Below are positions 10,098 to 19,551 of a DNA stretch of 38,958 nt, one piece after another; position 1 is the stretch's first letter; each line of letters begins with the position of its first letter. The stretch lies in contig CAZBLF010000008.1 in NCBI GenBank assembly GCA_964492935.1, positions 1-38,958 on the forward strand. The letters are read 5' to 3'. The translations under genes and the position numbers were made by a program. The notes beneath the pieces were generated by a model, which had not been told where the DNA came from, did not search any database, and saw only the letters and a list, made by a program, of their open reading frames with translations. Source of the stretch: an uncultured Methanosarcinales archaeon. GTDB taxonomy: Archaea; Nanobdellota; Nanobdellia; Woesearchaeales; JACPBV01.

Positions 10098-10409
10098 ATG
10101 ACTCATAGAAAAGATGTAGACTGTAAAAGGCTTGAAGGAGTTATTGCCAACACCACGATCACACTTGTTAAGGAAGGTCGAGAGACGGTCGATGTGGAAT
10201 GTGGTTATTTTGTTGAGGGCAAGGGTTGCAGGGTTAGTGTGGACCAGGCTGATGCACACGAAGCTCAACGAGCGGCTACGGGAGATGGTTCGTTTACTAG
10301 TCAGGCTAAGAGTTTGCTTTTTGGATTTCGTAAGCTTAAGCAGAGGGTTGTTGAATCACCCATTATAGGTGGCGTGGTGAGTTATAGACCTTGTGAATTC
10401 TATGAGTAA
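10098..10409 (+). CDS. Small Cys-containing hypothetical protein
   Basis: 103-aa ORF filling the gap between srp54 and thrS, with its own TATA-like element and four Cys. Confidence 0.6.
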   Translation: MTHRKDVDCKRLEGVIANTTITLVKEGRETVDVECGYFVEGKGCRVSVDQADAHEAQRAATGDGSFTSQAKSLLFGFRKLKQRVVESPIIGGVVSYRPCEFYE

Positions 10410-10426
10410 CATTTCTTCTTACTTGT

Positions 10427-12295
10427 TTACCCAACAAAAATAGGTCTTTTAGAAAGTTCTCTAGGTAAGGATAATTTTTTGAATGGCATGCCTTCTGTTT
10501 CTTTCTTGATGTTTTCTATCAATTGTTTTGTTGACATTGCTTGAAGGTCTTTTTTGCCGCGAATACGGACATTTAGCTTCTTGCTCTTCTTTTCTTTTTC
10601 TCCGTAGACGATTGTGGTGGAGCACCACTCTATCTCTGCAGCTCTAATCTTCTTTCCTACATGCAATTCTCGATCATCGATGTCAACTCTAATGTTTTCT
10701 TTAGCGATCTCTTCTGCAATCTTTTCGGCATCTTTGTTGAATTTTTCATTAACTGGGATAACTCTAACCTGTGTTGGTGCTAGCCAGAGTGGCAACATCG
10801 GTGTTTTGCCTTCATTTTGCTGCATTGCAGCTTTTTCTAAGAGTGCATAGATGTTTCTTTCAATGGCTCCGGAGGGTGAACAATGTAACACTAAGGGATG
10901 TTTTTTCTTTCCATCTTTGTCGGTAAACTGCATATTGTAGCGCTCTCCGTTTTCTACATCGATTTGATCTGTACTTAATGCGGAGGCTTTATCTAATCCG
11001 TCTACGAAGTTGAGTTCGTATTTCAGCATGAAGTAGAAGATGCGTTCGTCCCACATCTCTATTAACGCAGGTTTTCCAATCTCTTTTACTAATCCTTCAA
11101 CAATCTCTTTGTTTTTTTCGTAAAATTCTTTTGTTACACGTACTGCCAATTCTACGTCGTCCTTTTTTAGTCCTACTCCTTTCAAGACACTGTGACAGAA
11201 CTTGTATCTTATCTTGAATTCTTTCATCGCTTGATCGAGGTCTGCACAGAGAGCGTGGCAGTCTGGCATGGTAAAAGCGCGAAGTCTTCTTAATCCTGTT
11301 AATTCTCCGGATTGTTCGCGTCTGAATGAGTAACGAGTCATTTCGTAGAGTTTTAGTGGTAGATCTCGGTAGCTGATGGTTGCGTCATGTGCCATGAGGA
11401 ATTGTCCGAAACATGCTGCGAATCTTAGAAAAAAGCTTCTTTTGTCTGAGTCTATCTGGTATTGTCTTGCTGGAAATCTTTGGAGGTATTTGCTTAATGT
11501 TGGATGATTCATGTCATACATGATGGGTGTTTCTACTTCTACACCGCCGTAATCTACTACTCGATCGGTGATGTAGGTTTCTAAGAGTGATTTCATTAAT
11601 CTTCCTTTAGGATAGTAGCGCATGTTTCCTGCATCGGAGCCGGGTTCGTAGTCGGCTATCTCTAATTTCTTCATTAATGCTACGTGGGCAGGTTCTTTGT
11701 CTACCTGTCTGACTTTTTCTTTTTCGTAGACTGCGAATTTCTTTAGATTTTCATGGCCTTGGAAGTTGAACTTGTCGATGTCATGGAGTTTTCCATCTAC
11801 ATCCATGATGTGCCAGTAACTTTTGATCTTTTCTTCTTTCTTTAACGCTTCGGATTCTCCACAACAGGCATCCTTGCTTTCTGGGCCGAATTCTCTTGAT
11901 AGTTCTGCCATCGGATGGCCTTTGCACGCAATTGTGAAGGCTTTGTAGTAGCCGAAGGGTGAGGAATCTACTTTGAAATCTTTTTTGAGATCTTTCTCTA
12001 CTTTTTTTAGGATATCCATCGCTACTTGAGGAGAAGAGGGTTCAGATGTTAGGTGCACATACGGGTAGATGACAATAGAATCTGCTTTTACTTCCTTTGC
12101 AACTGCTTTTACTTCTTTTACATAGCGTTCTGCAATAGCATCGGGATCGTTTTCGTCTCGTTTTTCTACTGAGGTGAGGACTACTAGACATTCCTCTATT
12201 TTCTTTTTTGCTTTCTCTACATCGGGAGCTGATTTGAGTGCTTTCTTTTTTGCTTCAAACTCAACGAAGTCGGAATGCAGGCAAAGTATCTTCAT
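10427..12295 (-). CDS. thrS: Threonine--tRNA ligase, archaeal type with N-terminal DTD-like editing domain
   Basis: MKILCLHSD, YPYVHL, PFGYYK, CKGHPMAELSR, LRFAACFGQF, FRREQSGEL, FTMPDCH, HCSPSGAIER. Confidence 0.98.
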   Translation of the reverse strand: MKILCLHSDFVEFEAKKKALKSAPDVEKAKKKIEECLVVLTSVEKRDENDPDAIAERYVKEVKAVAKEVKADSIVIYPYVHLTSEPSSPQVAMDILKKVEKDLKKDFKVDSSPFGYYKAFTIACKGHPMAELSREFGPESKDACCGESEALKKEEKIKSYWHIMDVDGKLHDIDKFNFQGHENLKKFAVYEKEKVRQVDKEPAHVALMKKLEIADYEPGSDAGNMRYYPKGRLMKSLLETYITDRVVDYGGVEVETPIMYDMNHPTLSKYLQRFPARQYQIDSDKRSFFLRFAACFGQFLMAHDATISYRDLPLKLYEMTRYSFRREQSGELTGLRRLRAFTMPDCHALCADLDQAMKEFKIRYKFCHSVLKGVGLKKDDVELAVRVTKEFYEKNKEIVEGLVKEIGKPALIEMWDERIFYFMLKYELNFVDGLDKASALSTDQIDVENGERYNMQFTDKDGKKKHPLVLHCSPSGAIERNIYALLEKAAMQQNEGKTPMLPLWLAPTQVRVIPVNEKFNKDAEKIAEEIAKENIRVDIDDRELHVGKKIRAAEIEWCSTTIVYGEKEKKSKKLNVRIRGKKDLQAMSTKQLIENIKKETEGMPFKKLSLPRELSKRPIFVG

Positions 12296-12333
12296 AGAAG
12301 GTGATGGTTATGGTGATTTTAAATAGGTTGTGG

Positions 12334-12945
12334 TTATTTTCCCTTGTAGCGGTTCCATTTAGATTCTAGGTTACCATAGATTCCGTCAATGTAAAGCTTT
12401 CTGGGTCTCCTCGCTTCAGGACTAGTGATCACATCAACATAGGGATCATTTATTGGAATATATTCACTGAAGAACGATGTTAGAAATCTTTCTTGAGCTT
12501 CATTACTTACTCGAGAAAGTCTATCTGATAATGGATACGCTTCTGGGTCGAATCTTTTTTCTGCTTTTTCACGCATCCCCCATGTCCTTCGATTTGCGTT
12601 ATTACTTAGTTCTTCATTAAGCGAGTAAAAATCTCTGGAGAGATGCTGATGGCCGTTGTATCGTTTTAGATTGCCTGCTGCGACATATCGAGTTAGAATC
12701 TCATCTGTATTAAGGATATCTAACATTTCTTCAGGAATATCTAGATTGGGTAATGCAGTATAGGCGTCTTCGATTTCGTCATCTCGTAGTCTATTGATGT
12801 CTCCTCTCCTGATACCCCAAATAGGTTCCTCTTGAAAGTTTTCAATTACCCAATCAATTCCAGCCTGTGGATTAAATTCGCTAGAATCTTGCGCATCTGC
12901 TTCCACTTCATCAAATAAGGATAGTTGTCTTTTCTGTATTGTCAT
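12334..12945 (-). CDS. Hypothetical protein
   Basis: 203-aa ORF with TTTATAAA about 25 nt upstream; no recognisable motif. Confidence 0.65.
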   Translation of the reverse strand: MTIQKRQLSLFDEVEADAQDSSEFNPQAGIDWVIENFQEEPIWGIRRGDINRLRDDEIEDAYTALPNLDIPEEMLDILNTDEILTRYVAAGNLKRYNGHQHLSRDFYSLNEELSNNANRRTWGMREKAEKRFDPEAYPLSDRLSRVSNEAQERFLTSFFSEYIPINDPYVDVITSPEARRPRKLYIDGIYGNLESKWNRYKGK

Positions 12946-13059
12946 ACTTGACGATAAGCTTACTTTATTTATAAACCTAGGCTATATGAACTACTTATTG
13001 GGGACAAAATTAGTATATATTCACCCGCAAGAATTATATCGTTTTGTTGCGGCTTCCTG

Positions 13060-13105
13060 ATACTAAACTGCATTATCCACGAACGGTTTAGATGCAGTTT
13101 AGTAT
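13060..13105. repeat. Perfect 14-bp inverted repeat overlapping the stop codon of the beta-propeller gene (possible terminator or processing hairpin)
   Basis: ATACTAAACTGCAT (13060-13073) / ATGCAGTTTAGTAT (13092-13105). Confidence 0.65.
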
Positions 13106-15159
13106 ATTTTAATGGGTCCTTCTTTTTTGCTTACTAGTTTGACGTTCTTTACTTTGCTGAGGTCATCTAGGGCGTTGATTCTTAATAATGAAGGGGATTT
13201 GGTGTAGAGGAGCTCTTCGATGTATAATGAGCGCTCTACATGAGGGGTGTAGCGTTCTTCGTCGTCCTGGGAGTGGTCGATTAATCCTCTTAGTTCGATG
13301 CTGTCTGCCTCGATGTTAAAGACCATTGCTCCGTTGTAGTTGTTTTCTTTATTTTGCCAGTCGTAGTTGTAGGCCGGAATTACTAGTAGGTTCTTTTCTT
13401 TGCTAAATAAGAATGCTTTGTGCTCCCACTCAGCTGAGGTTTGGGAGTAGCGTTGTTCAGAGATATAATTTGCAACTTCTTTTGGATTTGCTACATCTTT
13501 TACATTGAATAGTGAGATCTTGATACCTTTTGTTCTGCCGGTGTCGGTTGCATCTCTGCCTATTCCTATGATGGTGTCTTTATCGTACGGGTGAAGATAT
13601 CTTGAGAAACCTGGAATCTTTAGTTGTCCTAGTTCTTTGATTATCGATGGATTGCTTAGGTCGATTACGAAAAAGGGATCGGTTTGGCGGAAAGTAACCA
13701 TGTACAATCTATCATCGATGAATCTTGTTGAGAAGATACGCTCTCCAGATGCTAAATTGGTGAGTTCGCCTAGTTGTACTAGCTCTGCATTTAGGGTGTA
13801 GACATTATTACTGGATTCTGATCTTTGCTGGTCGAAACGAGACCATCTTTGGTTTAATGTTGTTGCAACTCTGAGGATTCCGTTATTTTCATCTAGGGAG
13901 AACTGGTTGTTGAGTGCTCCGGGAACTTTTCCGGTTGTTTCTACGTTGATATTGCTTCCGTCAACAGCAATTTTCTGGATGATGGTGAATTCTAGATGTT
14001 TATAGCTGTCTAGTTTTCGTTTTAGCTTTGATTCTATCTGGTCTTCTATCTCATCTCGGTCTTCATGGAAATTGAGATAGGTACTGATGATGTTGAAGAT
14101 TTTCTGCTCTTTTTCGTATTGGGAGAGAATGTCGTTATCCGCATTCTTTATTTTCTGGATGAGTGCTTTTGATTCTGCAGGGAGTTTGGGTTCCACTACT
14201 TCGATAAGGATTTTGTTTCTGAGCTCCCATTCGTCTATATATTCGGTATGGGTAATGTAAATGTTGTTTTCGGACATGTAGAGATTTTGTGAGCCTTCAA
14301 CGGCTACTGATTTTGAGGTGATGGAATCGGGATCAGAGAGCTTGATGGCATGGATGTTGTTTAGCTGAGGGTTATCGTAGGGAATTGGGAGGATGGAGAT
14401 GTGCTCGGGAGCTATTCGGGTAATCTGAGTGCCTTCCATTACGATGGGGAGTGGCATCCCTTCCGAGATATAGGTTGTGGTGATGAAGTAGACATAGTCT
14501 CCAATCATTCTTGCTCTGAAGAATCTTCCATCGAATCTAAATTCTTTGATGAGTTCTGGATTGGATTTGTCTTTGATATCGTAGATGTTGAGGAACGTCA
14601 TGCTTTGTGAGGGTAGGAACCCTATTTTTCTCAGGGTTTCTTGATTGTTAAAGTCGCCAAAGACTGCTAGGTGGTTGTTGTTAATGAAGAGGCCTTCGAT
14701 ACGGTTTTTGAAGTCTAGAGTGGTGGTTACTTCTGCGTCCTCTCCGGGATATGCATTTACAATGAAAAGTGTATTGCCGGATGCGGTGTAGATGTAGTTG
14801 CCATCGGTTTTGATGATGTCTGCTTCGTCTACATTGGCTACCTGGTTATTTGTTTGGGAAAAATCATTTGGTTGAGGCGGTGCTACTGCTTTTGAGGATG
14901 TTGCGGATTCTGCAAACGTGATATCGGGTACTCCAAGAGATCGAATGATGCCGCCATCATAGCTATCGTAACCGCGATTGGAGTAGGTTTCTATGAATTG
15001 GTTGAATTCAGCTTCTGAAGAGAAGGTTGTGGGTGTAAGGGCATCGCTGGGATCGAAAACGTTGCTATTATAGGATCCGGGTGAAAATTCAATGGTGGAG
15101 CATGCCGTTAGGATCAGTACTGCAAACAAAATGATGGTTGATTGTATTTGGTTTTTCAT
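13099..15159 (-). CDS. Secreted/lipoprotein beta-propeller domain protein (Beta_propel family)
   Basis: Lipobox-like ILTAC; FSQTNNQVANVDEADIIKTDGNYIY, NQFSLDE, GERIFSTRF, TFRQTDPFFVIDLS, LKIPGFSRYLHP. Confidence 0.88.
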   Translation of the reverse strand: MKNQIQSTIILFAVLILTACSTIEFSPGSYNSNVFDPSDALTPTTFSSEAEFNQFIETYSNRGYDSYDGGIIRSLGVPDITFAESATSSKAVAPPQPNDFSQTNNQVANVDEADIIKTDGNYIYTASGNTLFIVNAYPGEDAEVTTTLDFKNRIEGLFINNNHLAVFGDFNNQETLRKIGFLPSQSMTFLNIYDIKDKSNPELIKEFRFDGRFFRARMIGDYVYFITTTYISEGMPLPIVMEGTQITRIAPEHISILPIPYDNPQLNNIHAIKLSDPDSITSKSVAVEGSQNLYMSENNIYITHTEYIDEWELRNKILIEVVEPKLPAESKALIQKIKNADNDILSQYEKEQKIFNIISTYLNFHEDRDEIEDQIESKLKRKLDSYKHLEFTIIQKIAVDGSNINVETTGKVPGALNNQFSLDENNGILRVATTLNQRWSRFDQQRSESSNNVYTLNAELVQLGELTNLASGERIFSTRFIDDRLYMVTFRQTDPFFVIDLSNPSIIKELGQLKIPGFSRYLHPYDKDTIIGIGRDATDTGRTKGIKISLFNVKDVANPKEVANYISEQRYSQTSAEWEHKAFLFSKEKNLLVIPAYNYDWQNKENNYNGAMVFNIEADSIELRGLIDHSQDDEERYTPHVERSLYIEELLYTKSPSLLRINALDDLSKVKNVKLVSKKEGPIKIY

Positions 15160-15230
15160 GGTAGAACTAGAATAGTATGCGTATATAAATACATTGGTAA
15201 GGTTTTAAGTTGAGTTGAAGTTAACTCCAA

Positions 15231-16463
15231 CTAAATCTTTACCTCAGGAGGGATTTTTCCGAGAATTATTATATCACAGTCTGTAATTTTTCTTAATTCT
15301 TTCATAAGGCCCAGTACATGTAAAGCCCCGAAGAAAATCAATCCTTGCTGTCGTTTGTATTTTTTCATTGCAGTAATGAATTTTTCTGCTGCAACTTTGT
15401 TGCGGTCTTCTAGGATTATCTTATTGTAATAGTGATCCTTTAAAATGTTTTTTTGAACCTTTTTGTCGAAATCTTTTACTTTTAGGTAGTTTTCAATTTT
15501 ATTTCTTAGTTCATTCATATTCTCTGCTGTAGGCGTAAGATTAAGTTGCTTGAGAAGCTGGTCACGACCATTTGTTACTTCCCTTATTTCTTTATCATAG
15601 GCAAATTTAAAGGGTGTTTTCGTATATTTCTCGAGTTCGTAATGATAGCTTAATGCGTAGGCAGTTCTCGCTCTGGTCTGGGTTTCTCTCTCTTCTAGTG
15701 CGATGGGCGTGATTCCGAATTTGGGAGCATACCCTTTGTCAATAAGTTGGGCTAGCAGGAGATCTTCTCCTCCTCGAGATTTCTTTTCTTTTTCTGTTTC
15801 GCTTGGTCCTAGCCATCCTTCAAGGCCAATTAGATCTAATCCTTCGTCTCTTGCGGCTAGTGCTAGTGTTACGAAATCTGCCTGTGCCGTATGGCTTTTT
15901 AATTTGGGATCTGAATCATATCCTACATGATGGTCTAGAAGGATTACTATTAGCGGCCCCTTTCCCTTCTTTGAGGCGTAGATCTTTGATATTGGTTTTT
16001 CTCGTTCCTCTGCGAAGCTCTTTAGATATCTATAATAGTATGAGGGGACCATCCACAAATATTCTGGAGGATTTCCTAATCGTATCCTAAAGGTGTCGGT
16101 GGGCCTTGTTTTCGATGCAATTGCTAGTGGTAGATCATCATCTGCAGCAGATGCTTTCTTGAATACTCCTGACAACATTGCTGCTGCTGTTCCTTTGGTT
16201 GCTTCCCGTAGGAATGTTCTTCTTGTAAGCCCCGTTCTTGGGTCTTTTTGGAGGAGAGATAGTTCTCTTCGTGACATTCCGATTTCTTTTTTGAACTTCA
16301 TAAGATTTTGGATAATCACCCTTTTATCGTTCACGGTTTTACCTACTTCTTTAAAGAAATCCAGTTTTTGAAGGGAATCGAAATAGGTATTGAGCAGTTG
16401 GATTTGTTCTATTGAGAATAATCTGAGAAGGGTTTCTTGCTGAACATGAGATAGTTCTTTCAT
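15231..16463 (-). CDS. Hypothetical protein with internal twin-arginine-like motif and possible TraB/ChaN/EreA-like domain
   Basis: LTRRTFLREATKGTAAAMLSG...ASA near residue 80; LLDHH, IGLEG, EDRN, FFGALH pattern. Confidence 0.6.
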   Translation of the reverse strand: MKELSHVQQETLLRLFSIEQIQLLNTYFDSLQKLDFFKEVGKTVNDKRVIIQNLMKFKKEIGMSRRELSLLQKDPRTGLTRRTFLREATKGTAAAMLSGVFKKASAADDDLPLAIASKTRPTDTFRIRLGNPPEYLWMVPSYYYRYLKSFAEEREKPISKIYASKKGKGPLIVILLDHHVGYDSDPKLKSHTAQADFVTLALAARDEGLDLIGLEGWLGPSETEKEKKSRGGEDLLLAQLIDKGYAPKFGITPIALEERETQTRARTAYALSYHYELEKYTKTPFKFAYDKEIREVTNGRDQLLKQLNLTPTAENMNELRNKIENYLKVKDFDKKVQKNILKDHYYNKIILEDRNKVAAEKFITAMKKYKRQQGLIFFGALHVLGLMKELRKITDCDIIILGKIPPEVKI

Positions 16464-16471
16464 TGTATGAG

Positions 16472-18436
16472 TTAACTTATCCTAGCGCCCTCTTTAGTCG
16501 CGTTTACAGGCACTTTATTTACTTCTAATCTTTTGTTGTCATAGAAGACTTCTTTGTTCTTTACCAGCATTTTCAATTGTAGAAAGTCTTTGAAGGTGAT
16601 TTGTTTCTTGCTGTTCTTGAGGTTGCCGAAGCTAGCTGTATCTCCTGGTTTTGCATCGGTTTCTAGGATTTCAACTGAGTCGTCATCGGTTGCGGCTAGT
16701 AGCATTGCTTGTGATTCAACCCCTCGGAGTTTTGCGGGTTCTAGATTGGCTACTACGATTATTTTCTTGCCAGGTAATTCTTGAAGTGAGTAATGTCCTT
16801 TAAGTCCAGCTACGATCTGGCGTTTTTCCCCTAGGTCGAGTTTGAGTACTAGTAGTTTATCTGCATCCAGATGGTCCTTTACTTCTAGAATCTCTGCTAC
16901 CTTGAGATCTAGGGGGAAGAGTTCTTCCTTGGGTAGTGCTTCGATTCTCTTGAAGATGATTTCTGCTTTCGCTAGTTTTTGGTTTTTTAGTGGGGTTGCG
17001 AGATCCTTCCAAAGTTGCTCTTTTATTTTGAGTTGTTTTTGCAGGTTTTTAGTAAATTCAGGCATTGCGGGTTCTAATAAGATACTGAGGTCTTTTGCGA
17101 TGTTGACTGCGGTGCTGATCACCTTATGGGCTTTTTTAGCATCTGTCTTTACTAGTTTCCACGGTTCGTTGTCTTGGAAGTATTTGTTGCCTTCTGCAGA
17201 AACGGCAAGGATGAGGTTCAAGGCTACTTTGAAGTCGTATTGTTCGTATGCTTTCTTGATATCTTCATAGCTTTTTGCTAATTTCTTTAGAAAAGCGGTA
17301 TCGGGTACGGTAATTTCTGAATTGAAGTTTTTGTTGGTGAATGAAAGTACACGATAACAGAAATTTGAGAGATTGCCCACTAGTTCGGCGTTTACTTTTT
17401 CTGTGATGAGGTCGTGGGTGTAGTCGCCATCATCGCCAAGAGGCATTGCTTCTAGAAGATACCATCTAAAGGGATCTACTCCATAGCGTTGCATCTGTTC
17501 AAATGGTTCGATGACGTTTCCGGTGGATTTTCCCATCTTTGTGCCGCGAGAGAGGATGAAACCGTGGACAAGTAATTCTTTTGGAAGGTCAATCTTTGCT
17601 GAGAGTAGCATCGCTGGCCAGGAGGCTGCGTGAAATCGTAAGATATCTTTTCCGATGATTTGCGTATTGGCGGGCCACAGCTTTTTGAACTTTTTTTCGT
17701 CTCTTCCGTAGCCGGCTCCCGTAATATAATTTGATAATGCATCGCACCAGACATACATTACCTGGTCTTTATCATCGGGGACTTCGATTCCCCAGGGTAG
17801 TGATGTTTTTGGACGGGAGAAACTGATATCTTTTGCTTCTTTTAGAAATGAGAGGATTTCATTCTTTCTTATTTTAGGAATGACTTTGAATTCATCTTTT
17901 TCTATTTTTTTTGTAATGGTGTCTGCGTATTTTGATAAACGGAAAAAGTAGTTTTCTTCTTTGAAGGATTCGATCTTTCGTGTAGGGTGGTTGGGGCATT
18001 GTCCATTCTCTAGTTCGTGTTCCGTTTTGCTGGCTTCGCAGCCTGCACAATAGAGTCCGTTGTATTCTTGCTTGAAGATGTCACCTTCTTTTACTAAGGC
18101 TTTCCAGAGTTTGATTGCTCCAGGATGATGTATCTTTTTATCGGTGGTTCTGATGAATTGATCGTATTCGATGTTTAATTCTTTGTAGAGTTTTTTGAAG
18201 ATTGCTACATTGTCATCTAGGAAGGTTTTGATTTCTTTTTTTTCTTTTTTCGCGGTTTGCCAGTTTTTAATTCCGTGCTCATCAGTTCCGGTTTGGAAGA
18301 AGACCTCTTTTCCTAGGAGTTTGTGGAATCTGGCTATAGCATCAGCTTCTACAATCTCTAGTGCATGACCTACATGCGGAACCGAATTGGGATACGCTAT
18401 AGCAGTCGTTAGGTAATGTGTTTCTTTTTTGATCAT
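16472..18436 (-). CDS. metG: Methionine--tRNA ligase with C-terminal tRNA-binding (Trbp111-like) domain
   Basis: HVGH, TGTDEHG, YVWCDALSNY, GKDILRFHA, KMGKS; C-terminal NLEPAKLRGVESQAMLLAA. Confidence 0.97.
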   Translation of the reverse strand: MIKKETHYLTTAIAYPNSVPHVGHALEIVEADAIARFHKLLGKEVFFQTGTDEHGIKNWQTAKKEKKEIKTFLDDNVAIFKKLYKELNIEYDQFIRTTDKKIHHPGAIKLWKALVKEGDIFKQEYNGLYCAGCEASKTEHELENGQCPNHPTRKIESFKEENYFFRLSKYADTITKKIEKDEFKVIPKIRKNEILSFLKEAKDISFSRPKTSLPWGIEVPDDKDQVMYVWCDALSNYITGAGYGRDEKKFKKLWPANTQIIGKDILRFHAASWPAMLLSAKIDLPKELLVHGFILSRGTKMGKSTGNVIEPFEQMQRYGVDPFRWYLLEAMPLGDDGDYTHDLITEKVNAELVGNLSNFCYRVLSFTNKNFNSEITVPDTAFLKKLAKSYEDIKKAYEQYDFKVALNLILAVSAEGNKYFQDNEPWKLVKTDAKKAHKVISTAVNIAKDLSILLEPAMPEFTKNLQKQLKIKEQLWKDLATPLKNQKLAKAEIIFKRIEALPKEELFPLDLKVAEILEVKDHLDADKLLVLKLDLGEKRQIVAGLKGHYSLQELPGKKIIVVANLEPAKLRGVESQAMLLAATDDDSVEILETDAKPGDTASFGNLKNSKKQITFKDFLQLKMLVKNKEVFYDNKRLEVNKVPVNATKEGARIS

Positions 18437-18471
18437 GACACTCTGGGAAAGTACTTTGTTTATAAATATTG

Positions 18472-19551
18472 TTAGGATAGCGTACTCAGGAACGCCATTG
18501 TATTATTGAGATCTTCTTTACGTTTCTTGTGTTTTAGGTATGGTCCTACCTGTTTTCCAAAGCTTTTCACACTTTCCTTCTTATTGATTGAAACGTACCA
18601 ACAATCTTTGTTCTTCTTACCTTTTACAGCTACGCTTTCTAGCCCATATCTACAATCAATTCCTACACTCTGTAGTTTCTTATGCATTGCTTTCAGTAGT
18701 CCTTTGTCATAGGTTCTGATTCTCACTCTTGGTCTCTTGTTGTATGTTCCTATATTACCTTCTGCATCCGTATAACCTGCTACAAATGATAGGAATGTTT
18801 TTTTGTTGTTTAGTATCCAACGACTGATTTGATCTTCCTTAGGTAACAGGAAACTGAATGACTGATTTAGAGCAACCTGTATGCTGTAAACTTGCCCATA
18901 TCGTTTTGACCATACCTTACCAAATCTTTCAAACAAGCTTTTTACTAGTTCAAATTGTTCAGTTTTGGTTGTGTTTGTCTTAACTTTTATGCAATGATGT
19001 TCTCTGGTAACGTTCAAATCTCCCAGTCGAAAACCCACGAGGTATGCTTTTTCTACTTTACTCCCTCTAAAATCTTTCTTAGGATGTTTTGTTTTTGCCT
19101 CGCTCATGGTTCTTGAAGGAATTTTGAACTTCTTCATCTTGTCGAAGATGGCTACTGGATTACATTCATATTCCTTTGCAATTCTTGAAAGGGGCAGTTT
19201 TTGTTCATGGTATAAATAGGATAGCCTTTCTTTGGAAATCTCAACGATTTTCTTTGGCCTAGTTTCTATTCCATAGATTTTTAGTCTCCGATGGATTGTG
19301 TTGCTTGCACATTTGTATTGATCTGCTATTTTGTATGTTGAAAGTTTCTTTCCAACATAAAGATTCTCTAAGGCTTTCTTTGAAATTTCTACTTCCTTTT
19401 TTGGGTACCTTATTCGGATGCTATATTCCTTAAGCCGTCTCTGAATAACGCCCTGATCACATACAAGTAGTTTTGCAATGTCTCGTGTACTCAGCCCTTT
19501 CTTTAGATAGAGTTCTTCTAATCTCTTCTTGAGGATGATTATTTTTTTCAT
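18472..19551 (-). CDS. Free-standing LAGLIDADG endonuclease-like protein with three N-terminal tandem HTH repeats
   Basis: Three ~51-aa repeats (I.K..L..LY....LS...IA....C....I.....K...I..R); AYLVGFRLGD and FVAGYTDAEG motifs; GGAGGT Shine-Dalgarno upstream. Confidence 0.82.
   Translation of the reverse strand: MKKIIILKKRLEELYLKKGLSTRDIAKLLVCDQGVIQRRLKEYSIRIRYPKKEVEISKKALENLYVGKKLSTYKIADQYKCASNTIHRRLKIYGIETRPKKIVEISKERLSYLYHEQKLPLSRIAKEYECNPVAIFDKMKKFKIPSRTMSEAKTKHPKKDFRGSKVEKAYLVGFRLGDLNVTREHHCIKVKTNTTKTEQFELVKSLFERFGKVWSKRYGQVYSIQVALNQSFSFLLPKEDQISRWILNNKKTFLSFVAGYTDAEGNIGTYNKRPRVRIRTYDKGLLKAMHKKLQSVGIDCRYGLESVAVKGKKNKDCWYVSINKKESVKSFGKQVGPYLKHKKRKEDLNNTMAFLSTLS

Noticed and set aside
7405..19551. 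Both LAGLIDADG ORFs are exactly 359 aa
   Set aside because: Different domain order and no evident sequence identity; coincidence
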